DNA of 40,000 nt. It comes from an uncultured phage cr53_1. Location: sequence record NC_055889.1. The stretch is one strand, 5' to 3'. This document shows positions 1-13,616 of this stretch, one piece after another. The notes below the pieces were generated by a model. The model was not told the origin of the DNA, made no database searches, and saw only the letters and a list, made by a program, of their open reading frames with translations. The number at the start of each line of letters is the position of its first letter. The stretch's first letter is position 1. The position numbers and the translations under genes are program-made.

Positions 1-2
1 TA

Positions 3-3000
3 GTAGAAACGTTAAGTAATACTGCTCTATCTATACTTAATATCAGAAGTATGGAAGACATTCAGAATCTTAAGCTGGATGACGTGTTTGACAATATTCA
101 ATATTTGTACGAAATTGGAGAGTATGACTACAATGAATCTAAGAAGCAAATGGTATCTGATGTTCTTAGTAATAAAGAATTATTTGCTAAACAGATTCGA
201 GCATACTTACAGGAATTAGGTATAAGAGCAATAGAACGTGAAGAAGCTGAGATAGCTGAGAAAGAAGCTAAAGATTCTGGAGATACTTACGATAATGTAT
301 GGGATAGAGCTTCATACGAAATAAGTAAGAAAGCTAATGTGGCGTTTAACGCTAAACTGTTTTTCTACTCTATTCCTCAATCTAGATTTGCTACTGACGA
401 AAACGGTAATCAAATAGTAGATACAGTAAAGGATAACATTTTCGGATTAGATGTAGCGCAATCGTTCGACATTACTTGGAATAGAATATTGGATAATCTG
501 TGGCAGTCTAACGATTGGCCCGATTTGGTAAACAGAGTAAGGAACTTGGCTAAAGCCGATCCATTTTTTGCAACCCTGTTGAACAGAATTGATAATCCAG
601 CTTTCCAGTTGCCAGAAAATACTGTTACTCAATTATTAACAACTATTCAAAGCGCAAAGAATAGTATGGATACCGTTGATATATTCGATACTTCAACAGG
701 TACTATTCAGAAGAATACTAAGGGTAGAGGTAGTAAAGTATGGACTGTAATGGATAGTAGTAATCTAAGAAAGATAGCTAGATTGCCGAGTCAGTGGTCT
801 CAAAATTTCATGTTATCTTCTCTTATTATCACAGACAAGAATAACAGATCACGTATTGATACAGTTCAATACTCTAAGTTATCTAAACTGGATAAAGACA
901 TATTAAACGATCTTACGTCAATACAGAAGCAATTAAATAATAAGAATCCTGAAATACGTAATCAAGGTTTAAAACAGTTTGAACAGACTAAAGGTAAGTT
1001 ACTGAGTTTATTAAATTCAATAGGTATTCCGTTTGATATGGAATCTCTAAACTACTTACTTAAGAAAGTAAATACAAACTCTACTAGTTATCCAGAATTC
1101 TTTGTATTCAGTGCATTGTATAAAAATATGCCCGGTTCTATTAGTAACTCTGTACTACACAATATTCGTTTAATGAATAACTCTAAGAGTTTAGAGGCTA
1201 AAATCAAAAAACAGACGGTGTCTGCGTCACGTATATTTAATTACAAGAGCCCGAATGCAGTTATCAATCTAATGGCAATTGCTTATGGAGAAATACATCC
1301 TACTCCTGAAGAATTCAGTGTTACTGGAGCAGATGGAAGTTTGTTATATCCTATAACTCAGAATAACTATATGTCTGACCAATTAAGATGGTTAAATACA
1401 GATGCTTATAATAAGTTAAGTAATATAGCTAAATCTGCATATAGTGCTAATTCTCTTATCGTTAAGGCTTTAACTTCTCCGGATAAACCTAAACTCAAGT
1501 TGCATACTCTTATTGCCATTAAAGACAATATCAGCAACTCTAGTAGAGACTATTTTGGTATTACTCCATTAGAGGATTATATAGCCAAGCTATTGCTAAT
1601 ACATCAAGGTAGATTGATATTGCCTACAATGTCAGATAAAAAGACATGGTATAGTATAGAAGGTGTGAAAGTACCAAAAGACTTCTTAGGTACTTTGAAA
1701 TACGCTTTGAATGATTAGGGTTCCATGGAAGCTACAATCATAGAGCGTAGATTCTCTAATGAGACCTTGGATATATTCTGTAATTACTTCTTAGACGAAT
1801 ATAATGCAATAGTAAAATATTTTGACACTAAGAGTGATGTAGAAAAGGGTAAATCTAGATTCTATGATAACTATCACGGTAAGATAGGTAAAGATGGTAA
1901 AATGGCTCCTGGTGGTAATGGCGGAAGATTCCGTTACTTTAACCAGTTACCTATAAACGGAGTGATTATTAGTTTAAATAGAATGCTAGATGAAGCTGAG
2001 AAATCAGGTAATCCTGAGTTAGTAAATGAAGCCTTGAAACGCATAAAGACAGATCTAATTCAAGATAGAGAGTTACTGCGTAGTACTATGAATTCCTTAT
2101 TGCTTGACAAAGTAAATAAAGAAATAGAACAGGCTATAAAACTGGGGGTAATAAGTAGAGATCGTAAGGGTAATTTGCAATATGGCAATCTACCATCTAC
2201 ATCTGTACTGGAAGACCAAGAAAACAGTAACCCTTTTGCTTTCTATGAAGCACTAGTTTCACATATACCAGAGGAGTATAATGCTATAAAATAGAATGAT
2301 ATAATTTATAGTATAATTGCTAATTATGTAACTGGCTATGCTATTTCTATAGAAGAAGTAGAGAAATGCTTTGTTGGTGATCCTGCATTCTATAAGTGGA
2401 AATCAGATAAGGTCGTAGGAATATTCCAAAGAGATGTAGATAAGATCAAACGTTTGTCTTCTGTACTATCAACTGGTACTAATCTTAGAACTCATTGGGG
2501 TGACAATGATCCTAGAAATAGTACTAAGTATACTAGCGCTATATTACAGGACAATATGATTGGTTCAGAATATCACAGTAGACTTGAACAGATTTTTAAA
2601 GCAGACCTAGCACGAACAATGCTTAAAAAGAATAACCCTAGTTTAACAGACGATGAGTTATTTAAACTTACTAGTGATAAACGCTTAGACGATACTCTGA
2701 AAGATCGTACTAAATTAAGTGTTGAGGATGTTAAGTTTATTGAAAAGCAAGCAGTGAAATCAGCAGACCCGTATGCATATGATGATGAGAACAATTCTGG
2801 TAATATAAATCAAGCAGACGCGGCTGTATATATTAGACCTGCATTCTATAAGCGTGTTATGCAAGCTTTAGGAGAATGGTCACCTGAAATAGAAGAAGCC
2901 TATAATATACTTGAAGGAGATGCTGACGTATTAGGCAATCCCGATTTATACGCCAAGGCGTTAAAAGCATCTATCAAGCCTCTTAAGATGATGTATTTTG

Positions 3001-6000
3001 GTGATCATTTCGATGAGATATCTGGTATAAATGTACCTGTATTTGATAAAATGGCATTGTTCCCAATGTTTAAAGTTCTAGCAAAAGCAGATAATAAATA
3101 TCTGTATGATAGAATGAACAATGAACAATTAGGTACTATAGATATGCTTAAATTTGAATCTTCTACTAAAGTAGGTTCTACTAGGGATAAGCTGAAAGTA
3201 TATAAGGATAACAAGAATACTCAGTTAAATAAAGAGGCAATTAATTCTCCATCTACTACAGTAGTAAATCAGGATACAGTAGTAGAGAGACTTAATAATG
3301 GTCTTACTACTAGAGTATAGGATATCAAACAATTGAGATTGCAGTTAAATACTGAACCTCACGAACATACAGATAGATCATTTGGTACACAAGCAGTTAA
3401 AATATGTATTGGTAACGTAGTAGATGATCGTCATTATGGTCATAACAAGGGTCAAAATGTTTCTGGAGCGAAAATTAAGAAAGATGTTTTTGGCTGTATC
3501 AAAGCTTTATCAACAAAAGGTTATATAAAACTTAAAGGCGGTAATGGAAAAGCAGGTAGATTCTTTGATAAGAACGGTAGGATAAACAATAGAGCTTTAT
3601 CTGAATATCTTATACAGGAAGCTAGAGGTACTAATATGTCTGCTGAGGTTACAGAAGCTTTGGCATTAGATAAAAACGGTAACTTTAGAGCTCCAATTGC
3701 TTCGTTAAGTACTCGTAACTGGATTGAAAGTAAGATAATATCTCTTATTAATAAGGAAGTAATCGATGTTAATACTCCTGGCGGTTCTGCTATACAGATG
3801 GCATCGTTTGGTTTCAGGTCTAACGAAGTATGGAGTGAAGAAAAAGCTAGACCTTTCAACGATGGTAAGAAACTTAGTTTTGATCCGGATAAAGGTAGTA
3901 TGGAGGTTATGCTTAGTACTAATTTCTTTAGAGATGTAGTTCCTCAAGAATACCAAAAAGATTATGTTACTATGAGAAATTGGTTAGTGGAACACAAAGT
4001 AATAGGAGGCGAATCTAAACCATACGGTATAGGTTATCGTATCCCTACTCAGGGTTTGTCATCAACGTTCTCGTTTATAGTAGCAGACGTATTACCTGCT
4101 CAAACTGGAGATACTATAGTAGTACCTGATGAGTTTACAGCTATGACTGGATCTGACTTCGATATTGATAAATTGTACATAGCTACTTATGCGTATGATC
4201 CTGAAACTAATGAAAGATATACTTGGAATAACAACGCTAAATCATATGTAGAACAAACAGAAGGCGCATTAATTAATAAGTTATTAGATAGTTATACTTT
4301 AGTAATCTCAGATAAGAAGACGCTAGCAGAAACTAGAGCTTCTATTGATACTCTTACTGGTATCCTTAAAAAAGAAATATTACCATTAGTATAGACTACA
4401 GAACTGAAAGAAGCTGAACCTATGTACGAACTTATGCCTTCGTTCTAGGAATCTAGAAAAACAGAATACACGTCTGGTAAAGCCGGTATTGCGCCGTTCG
4501 CATTGAATTCTACTAATCACTGTCTTACTTAGGCTACACATCTTAGAATGAAATTCTCAGAAGGAGCTAGTAAATATAATCTCAACCAATTTGATGAAAT
4601 TACAGGACAAGATGGTTATAAAATACTTGACTGGTTATCTGCAATGATTAATGCTCATGTAGACGTAGCTAAAGATCCATACATTATAGTATTGAATGTA
4701 AATAAAGTTACATACAACATGGCTAGTTTCTTACTTAGAACTGGTAAAGGTAGGAATACTTTCTTATTCTTAGCTCAACCTGCATTGAAAGAATATGCGG
4801 ATAGGAAGATAATGAACGAAGGTGTCATAGGAGTTAGCAAACAGTATGATAACCAAATATTCTCTGATATAAAACAGAAGTATTGGGATATGTTAAACAA
4901 ATTCCCCATATCGGATGCTCATAGAAAACAGATTGAAGATTTGGTTTAGAAAGGTAGTATAGAAGCGTTTAACCAATCTAAACTTGCATCCAGTCTTGAT
5001 GCTTTCAGAAGTGGAGATGTAACCCCTACAAATATAGTTCAGCAGCTATTAGTAATAAAAGCTTATCAAGACTTGATGTCAGATGCTTAGACTATGGCAG
5101 ACTTAGTATAGAGATCTCAGATAGATACTAAGAAGTATGGTAACAATCTATCTCAATTGCAAAACTTCTATAATTCGTATACTACATTTATAGAAGATAA
5201 TAAGGATAAGTTCTATACTGATAAGCAAGATACAAACGGTCTTGACCTTTACTTCGGAAATACGTTCTTACATAAGAAGTTGATATATGCTATGGATTTA
5301 TCCAATAGTATACTGAGATCTCAAGTATTTGCCGCTACTAATGGGTATAAAGAAATACTTACATCTATATTACAATAGATAAGAGGAGGTGAGTATGTAC
5401 CTACTAATAATGGTAAATCCATGTTGTTTAAGTATAAAGCTACTAGCAATAAAGAATACGTAGGTGCTTTGAGTAATAAAGTAGAAAGTATAATAAGAGC
5501 TAAAGTCATAGCTAATAACACAGAACTTATGTTAACTGATGAAGAGATAAGTGACATGTTATTCGGTAGTGAAAGTATAGCTCGCAAACTAAATAATATT
5601 AAGAATTATATCAGAACTAATAAAGATGACATAAATCTGATGTCATTTGTAGATGAACAAGGAAATATTACTAATACTTTACTTAATTATTTGCAAGCTG
5701 TTACTTCAAATAATAAGAAAAATATAAGTTACATAAATACGTCTACATCTACTATGAATAATTCTAGATATTATGAAGATAGACTTAGATCTGCTTTCTA
5801 TGACTTACTTACTAGTGAAGATAATATTGTTAGAGAATTTGCTGAAACATTAGTTAAGTATTCTTTCTTGACTAGTTATGATAATAGAACTCCTAATTCA
5901 TTCTTTAACCTAGTACCTATGTGGTATAAGCGTAAATTAGGTTATGTATCTTCTATTGCTGACGCTATTAATAAACTGAATTACGGTGATACTACTGTAA

Positions 6001-6962
6001 TTAACAGTAATAATAGTTCAGATCAAATAGATTAGATTTATCTTAATCTTGTGAGAAATTACTGGAGAGATAATGATATAGTTCCAGTATTTGTTAGAAG
6101 AGTAAGACGCAATGATGATGGTGGAGAGAGTGTTTCTAATGTAATAAATCTAGCTTCTGCTACTAATAAATCTAGAGTAAATGTTAATACTGTGATAAGT
6201 ATTAAAGGTGATTATGATCTCTCTAGAAATCACAAGTTCTTTAAAATAGTAGGCTTAGGTAATAACATAGACGTATATCAAAGAATTGGTGATATAGTAA
6301 ATCTTGATACTGGTAAAACTATAGAGAGAATATATACCGTAGTACCTAAGTTAGGGTTTGATGCCGGTTCTAACTCAATATACGAGTTATATAAAGATGG
6401 TAATCAACCTTCTGCATTTGATACTAATAATTTTACCGATAAAATGTTAGATCAAGTGAACGGTGCATATGAGCTAGCAGATAAAAGAGCTAAACTATTG
6501 AATGGTAAGGACTCGGTTGTATTCGTAAAAGATGGTAGTTATCATTCTGTAGATTACTCTAACTACGATAGTATAGAACATAATGCGTCTATAGAGTTAG
6601 ATCAAGCAGATAATTACACAGAACAGAGTATTCAGGATAGTAGCACTCAAGAAACTGAAATACAAGCTCAGGAGACTATTACTCCAGAAGAATTCGTAGA
6701 CAGTACTACAGATCCATCTGAAATAGATAACATAAATCACATAGATGATACATTACTGTCAGATTTAGATGGAATGGAATCAGATAGTGGTATAGAGTTT
6801 GAAGATTTAACTCCTGAACCAGAAGCTGTAGATGTTACTGAATTGATAACTGAAATTATAGATAGTGTAGAAACTCCTATTGATGATATAACTCAGATAG
6901 ACGAAGGTACTATTAGTAACTTAAAGAAAAATGGTAAGAAACGTAAAAAAGAATGTAAGTAA
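3..6962 (+). CDS. Giant late protein, 5' end outside window; amber-recoded ORF with DFDID motif, probable phage RNA polymerase-like/virion protein
   Basis: ORF track pieces 51-1718, 1725-2294, 2454-3320, 3333-4394, 4548-4949, 5157-5378, 5421-6035 and 6051-6962 are all in one frame and separated only by TAG codons (e.g. 1716, 2292, 3318, 4392, 4446, 4530, 4947, 5088, 5109, 5376, 6033). First true stop is TAA at 6960-6962. Motif TGSDFDIDKLY encoded around 4155-4169. Confidence 0.85.
4155..4169 (+). other. DFDID (DxDxD) motif, candidate metal-binding catalytic motif of a phage RNAP
   Basis: Codons gac ttc gat att gat within ...EFTAMTGSDFDIDKLYIATYAY...; matches the DxDxD pattern known for two-barrel RNAPs, including crAss-like phage RNAPs. 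Confidence 0.55.
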
Positions 6963-6964
6963 TT

Positions 6965-9900
6965 ATGCAGTGTTTAATTTTAGATAATCCGGAAGTAAAA
7001 GCAGCTGTAGATGAGCTCACTACTGTATTAGGTAGTGAAGACGCTGCATATTACATAATATCTGAGAACAATGGTTATGCTATAGATCAGGCTCCCAATG
7101 GGGAGCCTTCTAAGCTGTTTTCAGACCTTTTAAGTCATTATAATGGTAATCGTGAACAAGCTATTGAAGCTAAGTCTAAAGTCTTCTCAGACGGCTTTAA
7201 GGCGTCTAATCTAAGCACTCAATTAGATGAAAATTAGGAACCAAATATAGAGTAGGTATTATCATATGACGATAGTACTACGTTTAGTTACGAATATCAC
7301 CCTGCAGAAGAATTTGCAACATTTTTTGTAACTAATACTGGTTAGGGTTCTGCAACTTCTAGTGAGTTAGTAGAGAGAATAATTCCTTATGTGTCTCAAG
7401 ACAGTCCAGCTAGAAGATTGTTAAATTTGTTTAAGAATACTGATATACCTGTTACATTTGTTAAGTTGGGCTTAGAAGGTAAATATATGTTTTACGATGC
7501 TAAGAATCACACCATAACAATTAATACAGATAAATTTGGTATTAATTCTATGGAATTCAATGCAGAATCTATACTGCATGAAATAGTTCACGCCTATACT
7601 ACCAGAACTCTATTGAGAGTAAAAAGTGGTAGTTACACAGCGCAGGAAAAGAAAATATACGATAAACTGGTTCAGCTACAAAAAGAGTATTCTGAATTAT
7701 TTAAAGATAAAAAAGACGATGAAGGAAAATTCCACGATGAATTCTATGGTTTAAATGATATTGATGAATTTGCGGCTGAGCTTTTAACTAATCGTGATTT
7801 CTTTAATCTTATTCAGAGGCGTACTGAAGACATTAATAATCTTAGTTTCTTTAATAAGATAAAAGAATTTGTTAAATTATTACTTGAGTATTTAGGGTGG
7901 CGAGAATCTGATGCTAAACAGATGTATGATGACTTAGTAGACTTAGTATCTTTTAACATACGCAATCATATTACAGAACAGGAGTTTATAGACACTAATT
8001 CTGATTTGATATTCAGGGAAGAAAGCGCTGTCCGTATGATGGAGTAGATTCTTAACAGTGACGAAATAGCTAAGAACGAATTTGATAAAATTACACATAA
8101 CTTAGCACAAACTATTAACGAATCATTAACTTCACGTCTAAAGACATTTAAACATTCAGATCCTATTGTAGAACAGCAGATGAAAAAAACTATGGAATGG
8201 CAGATTCAAAACATTACATAGGGTTTGGTGTCAGACTATGAAAATATAAACAACTTTTTACAGCAATCTGCAGATGAGATTAAATCAGCTTCTGAGATGT
8301 TAATAAAAACTAGAAAAAATAATGAGATTATAGATAATGATAAGTTAAATGATCTAGATTAGAATTTTTTTAGTTTTTATGTCGGTATTGTAGATGATAT
8401 AGTACAGTAGCTAATCTATAGAGAACCTTATAGGGAAATAGTAGGTAAGGACGGCAACGGTGATTATAAATTAGATAAATTATTAAAAAGAGCTAAGTCT
8501 TATTAGGCTTTACTTAAGGAAGGTCAACTTATTGTAAAAAGTTAGATATCTAGAAATGCATCTAAAATACTTAAAGATATAGGAGTAGAAGTTGGTGCAG
8601 TAACTATTTATAATTATGAATAGAATGATATTACTACATATGATAAAGATATATCCTACCTTACTTACTTAACTGGTGCTGGTGACAAAATAAAAGATGA
8701 CTGTATAAAGTCTATCTTTTATTTAATAAATGGCGCGGAAGAGAAAGTTAGACATGATACCTATGCTAAACAAACGGAATTATTAAATCTACTACAGAAG
8801 ACTAATAAATATAACCAAATGCAGTTATTTGAAGTAGATGATGATGGTAATACTACCGGTTATTTTGTTAGGTCTAGGAATTATGGTAAATTTGAAAAAG
8901 CATACAGAACTGAAATGGATAAAATATGTATGCAGCTAGGTATTGATATTACAGATTTAAATTTACCAGAAAATAGAGCCATACGTATAGAGTACAATAG
9001 ATTAAGAAATAAATGGTTATCAGAACACTGTGAGAGAAGATTTACTGCAGAATACTACGAGGCGTTTAATCACCTAAGTAATGAAACTCAACAATAGAGA
9101 GAATCTATACAGATTAATATACGTAACCTACAAAACAAAGCTAGGGATAATTATGGTATAGTTAGATTAGATAGATTATCTCCAGAAGAAAGATCTTAGT
9201 TAAAGAAACATCAATTAGAGAAGAAACAATTAGCTAGTTTATATGATATAAATGGTCGTAAAAAACAAGGTATACAACTATAGGTAGCTGAAGAGTTACA
9301 AGAACTTAATAAGAAGCTTTCTAAAGGTATTGTAATGACTAAGAATAGTAAAGCCTATGAGAAAGAAAAAGCTCGGGTAATGAATGATAAGACACTTACA
9401 AAAGCCTAGAAAGAAGAATGGTTAGAACTCAATTCTAAAGTATAGTATAAGGAAGAATTTTACGATAAGTTAAACAAAGCTGCTAGAAAGTTCTATGGTG
9501 AAGAGTATGCGGCTCTATAGGAACGTAGAAGAGCTATATTAGCTATGTTCAGAGATGACGCTACAGGTGAAATAGATGCTCGTAACTTACCGCAAAGTAC
9601 TAAGAACGCTCTTAGCGCTTTATCTCGTAGAATGACACAGATAAGAAAGCAGAAAAAGGCTTCTACTATTCCAGGTGAATACGAATTTGATGAAATTGCT
9701 CAAACAGTTCCAACTAAACAGTGGTATGAAGATAAGCGTAAGTTTTATGATTCATTACTTAATGATGACCCTGAATCTGCGCAGCTATGGCTACAAGCTA
9801 ATGCATACACTATAAAAAGTGTAGATAGTAATGGTAGAACTACTATTAAGGCTGTACCTAAATCTTGGTATACTAAACTTGTTCCTAGAGACGAAAAGTT

Positions 9901-12094
9901 AATAGAAAGAGTTCCTAATAACAACTGGTTAGAGGTGTCTGAAGATAGCCCATTTTATAATAAAGCCTATTATCAAGCTCAGGTAGATCACCCAGAATTA
10001 AAAGATGAGTACTGGATTCCTAAGAAAGATAAGTATGACTCATCTGAAAGATATGAGAAAATACAAAGTAAACCAGAAGTAAAGGCTTTATACGATGCGC
10101 TACTAAGCACTATGGCAGAAGCTAATGCAGAATATACTAACTTAAATAAAATATATCCATATAGAACTCCACAAATGTCAGGTAGCTTATATAGATATAT
10201 CAGTTCTGAATATCGAGCTGCAAACGGCTTATACAAACTGGCATCACCATTCAAAGGTTTATCTGAGTGGATTAAAGATAAACTATCAGTTCGCAATGAT
10301 GATAAAGGTTTTAACAAAGCTCTCAATAAACCAAATGGAGAAAGATTGAATCTCATACCTCAGAATTATATCGCTAGATTAGATAATCCTGCAGTATTGA
10401 AAGCTGACTTAGTAGGTAGTGTTATAGAATATTACAAAGCTGCAAAAGAATGGAAATACAAAAAGGAAATCCAACCAAAAGTAGAGTTACTTAAATCTCA
10501 TGTACTTGGTAAAAAGTATATTGATAGACAGGATAATGTGAAAGCTGGAGAAACCAATGTAGCAAAATTCGTAAAGGCTTTTATTGATATGAATCTGTAT
10601 GATATCAAATCTCAAACAGTAACTATAAGTTATGGTAATAATAAAAGTGGTAAATTATTTGGTATTGTACCTTATAAAGGTAGTATATTTAATCTTATAA
10701 ATTATGATATAAGTAAACCAAGAGAGATAAATGTGACCAAGATGTTAGCAATACTTAGAACACTAGGTACTGTCAGAAACTTAGCTCTCAATCTCTGGTG
10801 CGCTCTTACTGGTGGTTTTACTGCATTATATTCTCATACAGTCAATCTATTAGTACAAAGATATTATAATCCCGTAGATGCAGCGTATGCCCTTAAAGAT
10901 ATGTTGAGTGATTTATTACTTAATGCTCCAGGTAAAACCGGAGTGACTACATATGTGCCGTTTATGACCAAATGTATGGAGTATTTTGAAGTTGGTGCAG
11001 AAATGCAACCTAATCCTACTAATCAAAATAGATTACTTAGTATGACATCTAAACACTGGGGATTTGGAATGTACACGTTGTAGGACCATTTTGTTAAAGG
11101 ATAGATACTAGGTTCTATAATGCATAACTATAAGCTTGTCATAGATGAAGATGGCAATAGACAATTCATGTCTAGAGAGAAGTATAAACAGAAACATAAC
11201 TTAAAAGTATTTAGACCTGGAGATATACTTGATTGGAATTTTGGGGATAAATTAACTTTTAGAGATGCTATAGAATTTGTAGGAGGAGAAATGGTTGCTA
11301 AAGACCCAGCTAATCAATCTGCAGTAGATGCGATTAAAGATGAAATAGGTTATTTAGCTAGATCTTTATCACAGTCTGCAGATGGTTAGTTGACAAATTT
11401 ACAGAGATCTGTTATTTTCGCTAATGCGGCAGGATAGTTTGTTATGATGCACAGACAATATCTTCCTGTTATTCTTCAAGAACGTTTTCTTATGAGTAGA
11501 TAGTTAGATTATCAAACTAGACGATATAAAGAGGCTGTATTTTAGACTCCTTATAGAATATTCACTCAAGCAATTGAACATAATGAAAATATTCTATTAG
11601 CGTTTAGGAGGGAGTTTCTTACCGATCCTGTAGCTAGAGAAAATTTATCAAAGATTACAACAGAAATATCATTATGGTTACTTATTACTCAATTGATACG
11701 ACCTCTATTATCAAGCTCAGCGGACGACGACAAGAAAAATAAATTAAAATAGTTATTAGCTTATGTGATGGAGCGTACATCTTTTGAAATAATGGCACCA
11801 TATAATATATTAGATATGGCCAGAATTGTTAAGAGTCCATCTGCTATTATTTCATATATAGAGAATGCTACAGAAGTTATGTCTGCTCCTACTAGTATGT
11901 TATTTAATTTCTCTCGTTCTATTTTTACTGGAGAAACATATGAAGGAGATAAAGTAATTAAACGTGGAGCTTATAAAGGTATGACTGAATTTGAGAGAGC
12001 TCTATGGAAACTTACTCCTTTTAAAAACTTATGGGAGCTTAAGGATATCCAAAGTAAACGTAATTATTATTAGAAACAAATTTTAGGAGAATAA
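6965..12094 (+). CDS. Second giant amber-recoded late protein with a zincin-like HExxH motif near the N-terminus
   Basis: Pieces 6965-7237, 7391-8047, 8819-9097, 9545-11083, 11120-11389 and 11765-12073 share one frame and are separated only by TAG. The intervening stretches 8047-8819, 9097-9545 and 11389-11765 were read codon by codon in part, with only TAG found. Terminates at TAA 12092-12094. Confidence 0.85.
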
Positions 12095-12096
12095 AT

Positions 12097-12124
12097 AAAG
12101 GACCTATTTCACAATAGGTCCTTT
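12097..12124. terminator. Bidirectional terminator-like hairpin between convergent transcription units
   Basis: AAAGGACCTATT - TCAC - AATAGGTCCTTT: 12-bp perfect stem, 4-nt loop, A/T tracts on both sides, at the end of the + strand block and the last minus-strand ORF. Confidence 0.8.
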
Positions 12125-12540
12125 TCATTTAATTTGTTCTTACATTCAAATATATCCTCATTATAAAACTGAGGCATATCTTTAACTAAATCCCCCCAAA
12201 AAATAAAAATTAAAGCATAATCTTCTATAGTAAAACCAATATTACCATGTTCTTTATATTCCTCTATATTAATATCATCTATATAGAAAGTAAATATAAT
12301 AAAATATTTACTATTAACGTATAGTAATTTCATACTATAATAATATTTAGTATTATTTAAAGATCCTTCTAAATCTTTAACCTGTTTTGCGTCTATATGT
12401 TTAAATACTAAATATATAAAACCCTTAGAGTATTCTCTATTTATAGCTGTATATAAGCCTATAAAACTTGAATGTTCTAAGGGTTTTCTATTTGGTAATA
12501 CTCTTGGAGCTAATAAAATTAATTCATTACTCCATACCAT
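12109..12540 (-). CDS. Hypothetical protein, acidic/aromatic-rich
   Basis: 143 aa ORF ending in TGA inside the terminator hairpin. Confidence 0.6.
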   Translation of the reverse strand: MVWSNELILLAPRVLPNRKPLEHSSFIGLYTAINREYSKGFIYLVFKHIDAKQVKDLEGSLNNTKYYYSMKLLYVNSKYFIIFTFYIDDINIEEYKEHGNIGFTIEDYALIFIFWGDLVKDMPQFYNEDIFECKNKLNEKDLL

Positions 12541-12638
12541 CTATTTCTACTTCTGTAGGTTGATTTATATCTTCTTCATCAGTAAATTCTACTGTATCAT
12601 ACTTAGCAACAATTGCCCAATCTTCAGAACTCTTAGGA

Positions 12639-13616
12639 TTATAATTCTTCAATTCCATCATTTTCGTAATATTTACGAGTATGGTCCCAATTACCTGTCT
12701 GATAATGATATGATAATTCTGTTAAAGTTTTGACAATGAGGTCCTTACGATCATCTAACTCTAATTCGTTAAACATATTAAAAACTCTCACTTCATTATT
12801 ACTATTTGTCTGAATAGCAATAATATATGCTTCACAATCATAATCTGAAATGTCAATTCCTTGATCTTTCATATACCAACTAATTGCAAGCAAGTAATAA
12901 GTTATTTGTCTATAATAATCAAATTCTTCTACAGAATGTTTAAAATTATAGACATCACTAGTTGTCTTTAAGTCAATTAAAGTAATCTTCTTATTTATAT
13001 GATCAAATATGCATCTGTCAAGTAGAGACTTACAAGGTGCAATCCAATCATTAATAGGTAGTTCCCAGTTAATATGAAACTCATTATGAGATTCTACTCC
13101 AGGAATATCTTCTAATAACTCTTTTGCTTTTTTATGATTATCAATATTATTCTTAATATTTTTAAGCATATTTAAATCAGCAAAAGATATTACTTTACGA
13201 TTATCTTTTTTACTTTGTAATGCTTTAATATAATTAGCATAACGATTACATAGCTCTGTAGCTTCTTTTAAGACGATTTCAGAGCTTTTTGAATTACTGT
13301 ATGCAGATTTGTATGCGGCAATCTTTTTATCGTCCTCTATGAGTTCTAATGAATTAGCATAAATCTCACAGAAATCTTTTTGTTGTTTTACTTTAGGTAC
13401 TTCATAATCAAGAATTACATAATCATTCCAGAAATCCTCTGGTTGTAATATATATTCATGAATCATAGTACCCCTTTCGAGCTGAGGAAGTTTTAATCCT
13501 TCTTCCTTTCCATCTATCATATCTCGATAGAAACGTGGTCCTTTCTTCAAGAACCAACCAATAGCAGAATTTGATATTCTCGTATTGTCTTCATAATACG
13601 GTTTATCAATTATCAT
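12639..13616 (-). CDS. PD-(D/E)XK superfamily nuclease (RecB/Cas4-like exonuclease)
   Basis: ...SNSAIGWFLKKGPRFYRDMI...LERGTMIHEYILQPE...KKITLIDLKTTSDV...YYRQITYYLLAI; DLKTT plus downstream Y/Q pattern. Confidence 0.75.
   Translation of the reverse strand: MIIDKPYYEDNTRISNSAIGWFLKKGPRFYRDMIDGKEEGLKLPQLERGTMIHEYILQPEDFWNDYVILDYEVPKVKQQKDFCEIYANSLELIEDDKKIAAYKSAYSNSKSSEIVLKEATELCNRYANYIKALQSKKDNRKVISFADLNMLKNIKNNIDNHKKAKELLEDIPGVESHNEFHINWELPINDWIAPCKSLLDRCIFDHINKKITLIDLKTTSDVYNFKHSVEEFDYYRQITYYLLAISWYMKDQGIDISDYDCEAYIIAIQTNSNNEVRVFNMFNELELDDRKDLIVKTLTELSYHYQTGNWDHTRKYYENDGIEEL

Noticed and set aside
447-632. Minus-strand 61 aa ORF, and similar antisense ORFs at 2573, 3005, 3521, 3705, 5321 and 9988
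   Set aside because: They lie opposite the long recoded + strand ORFs and have no recognisable domains; most likely spurious.
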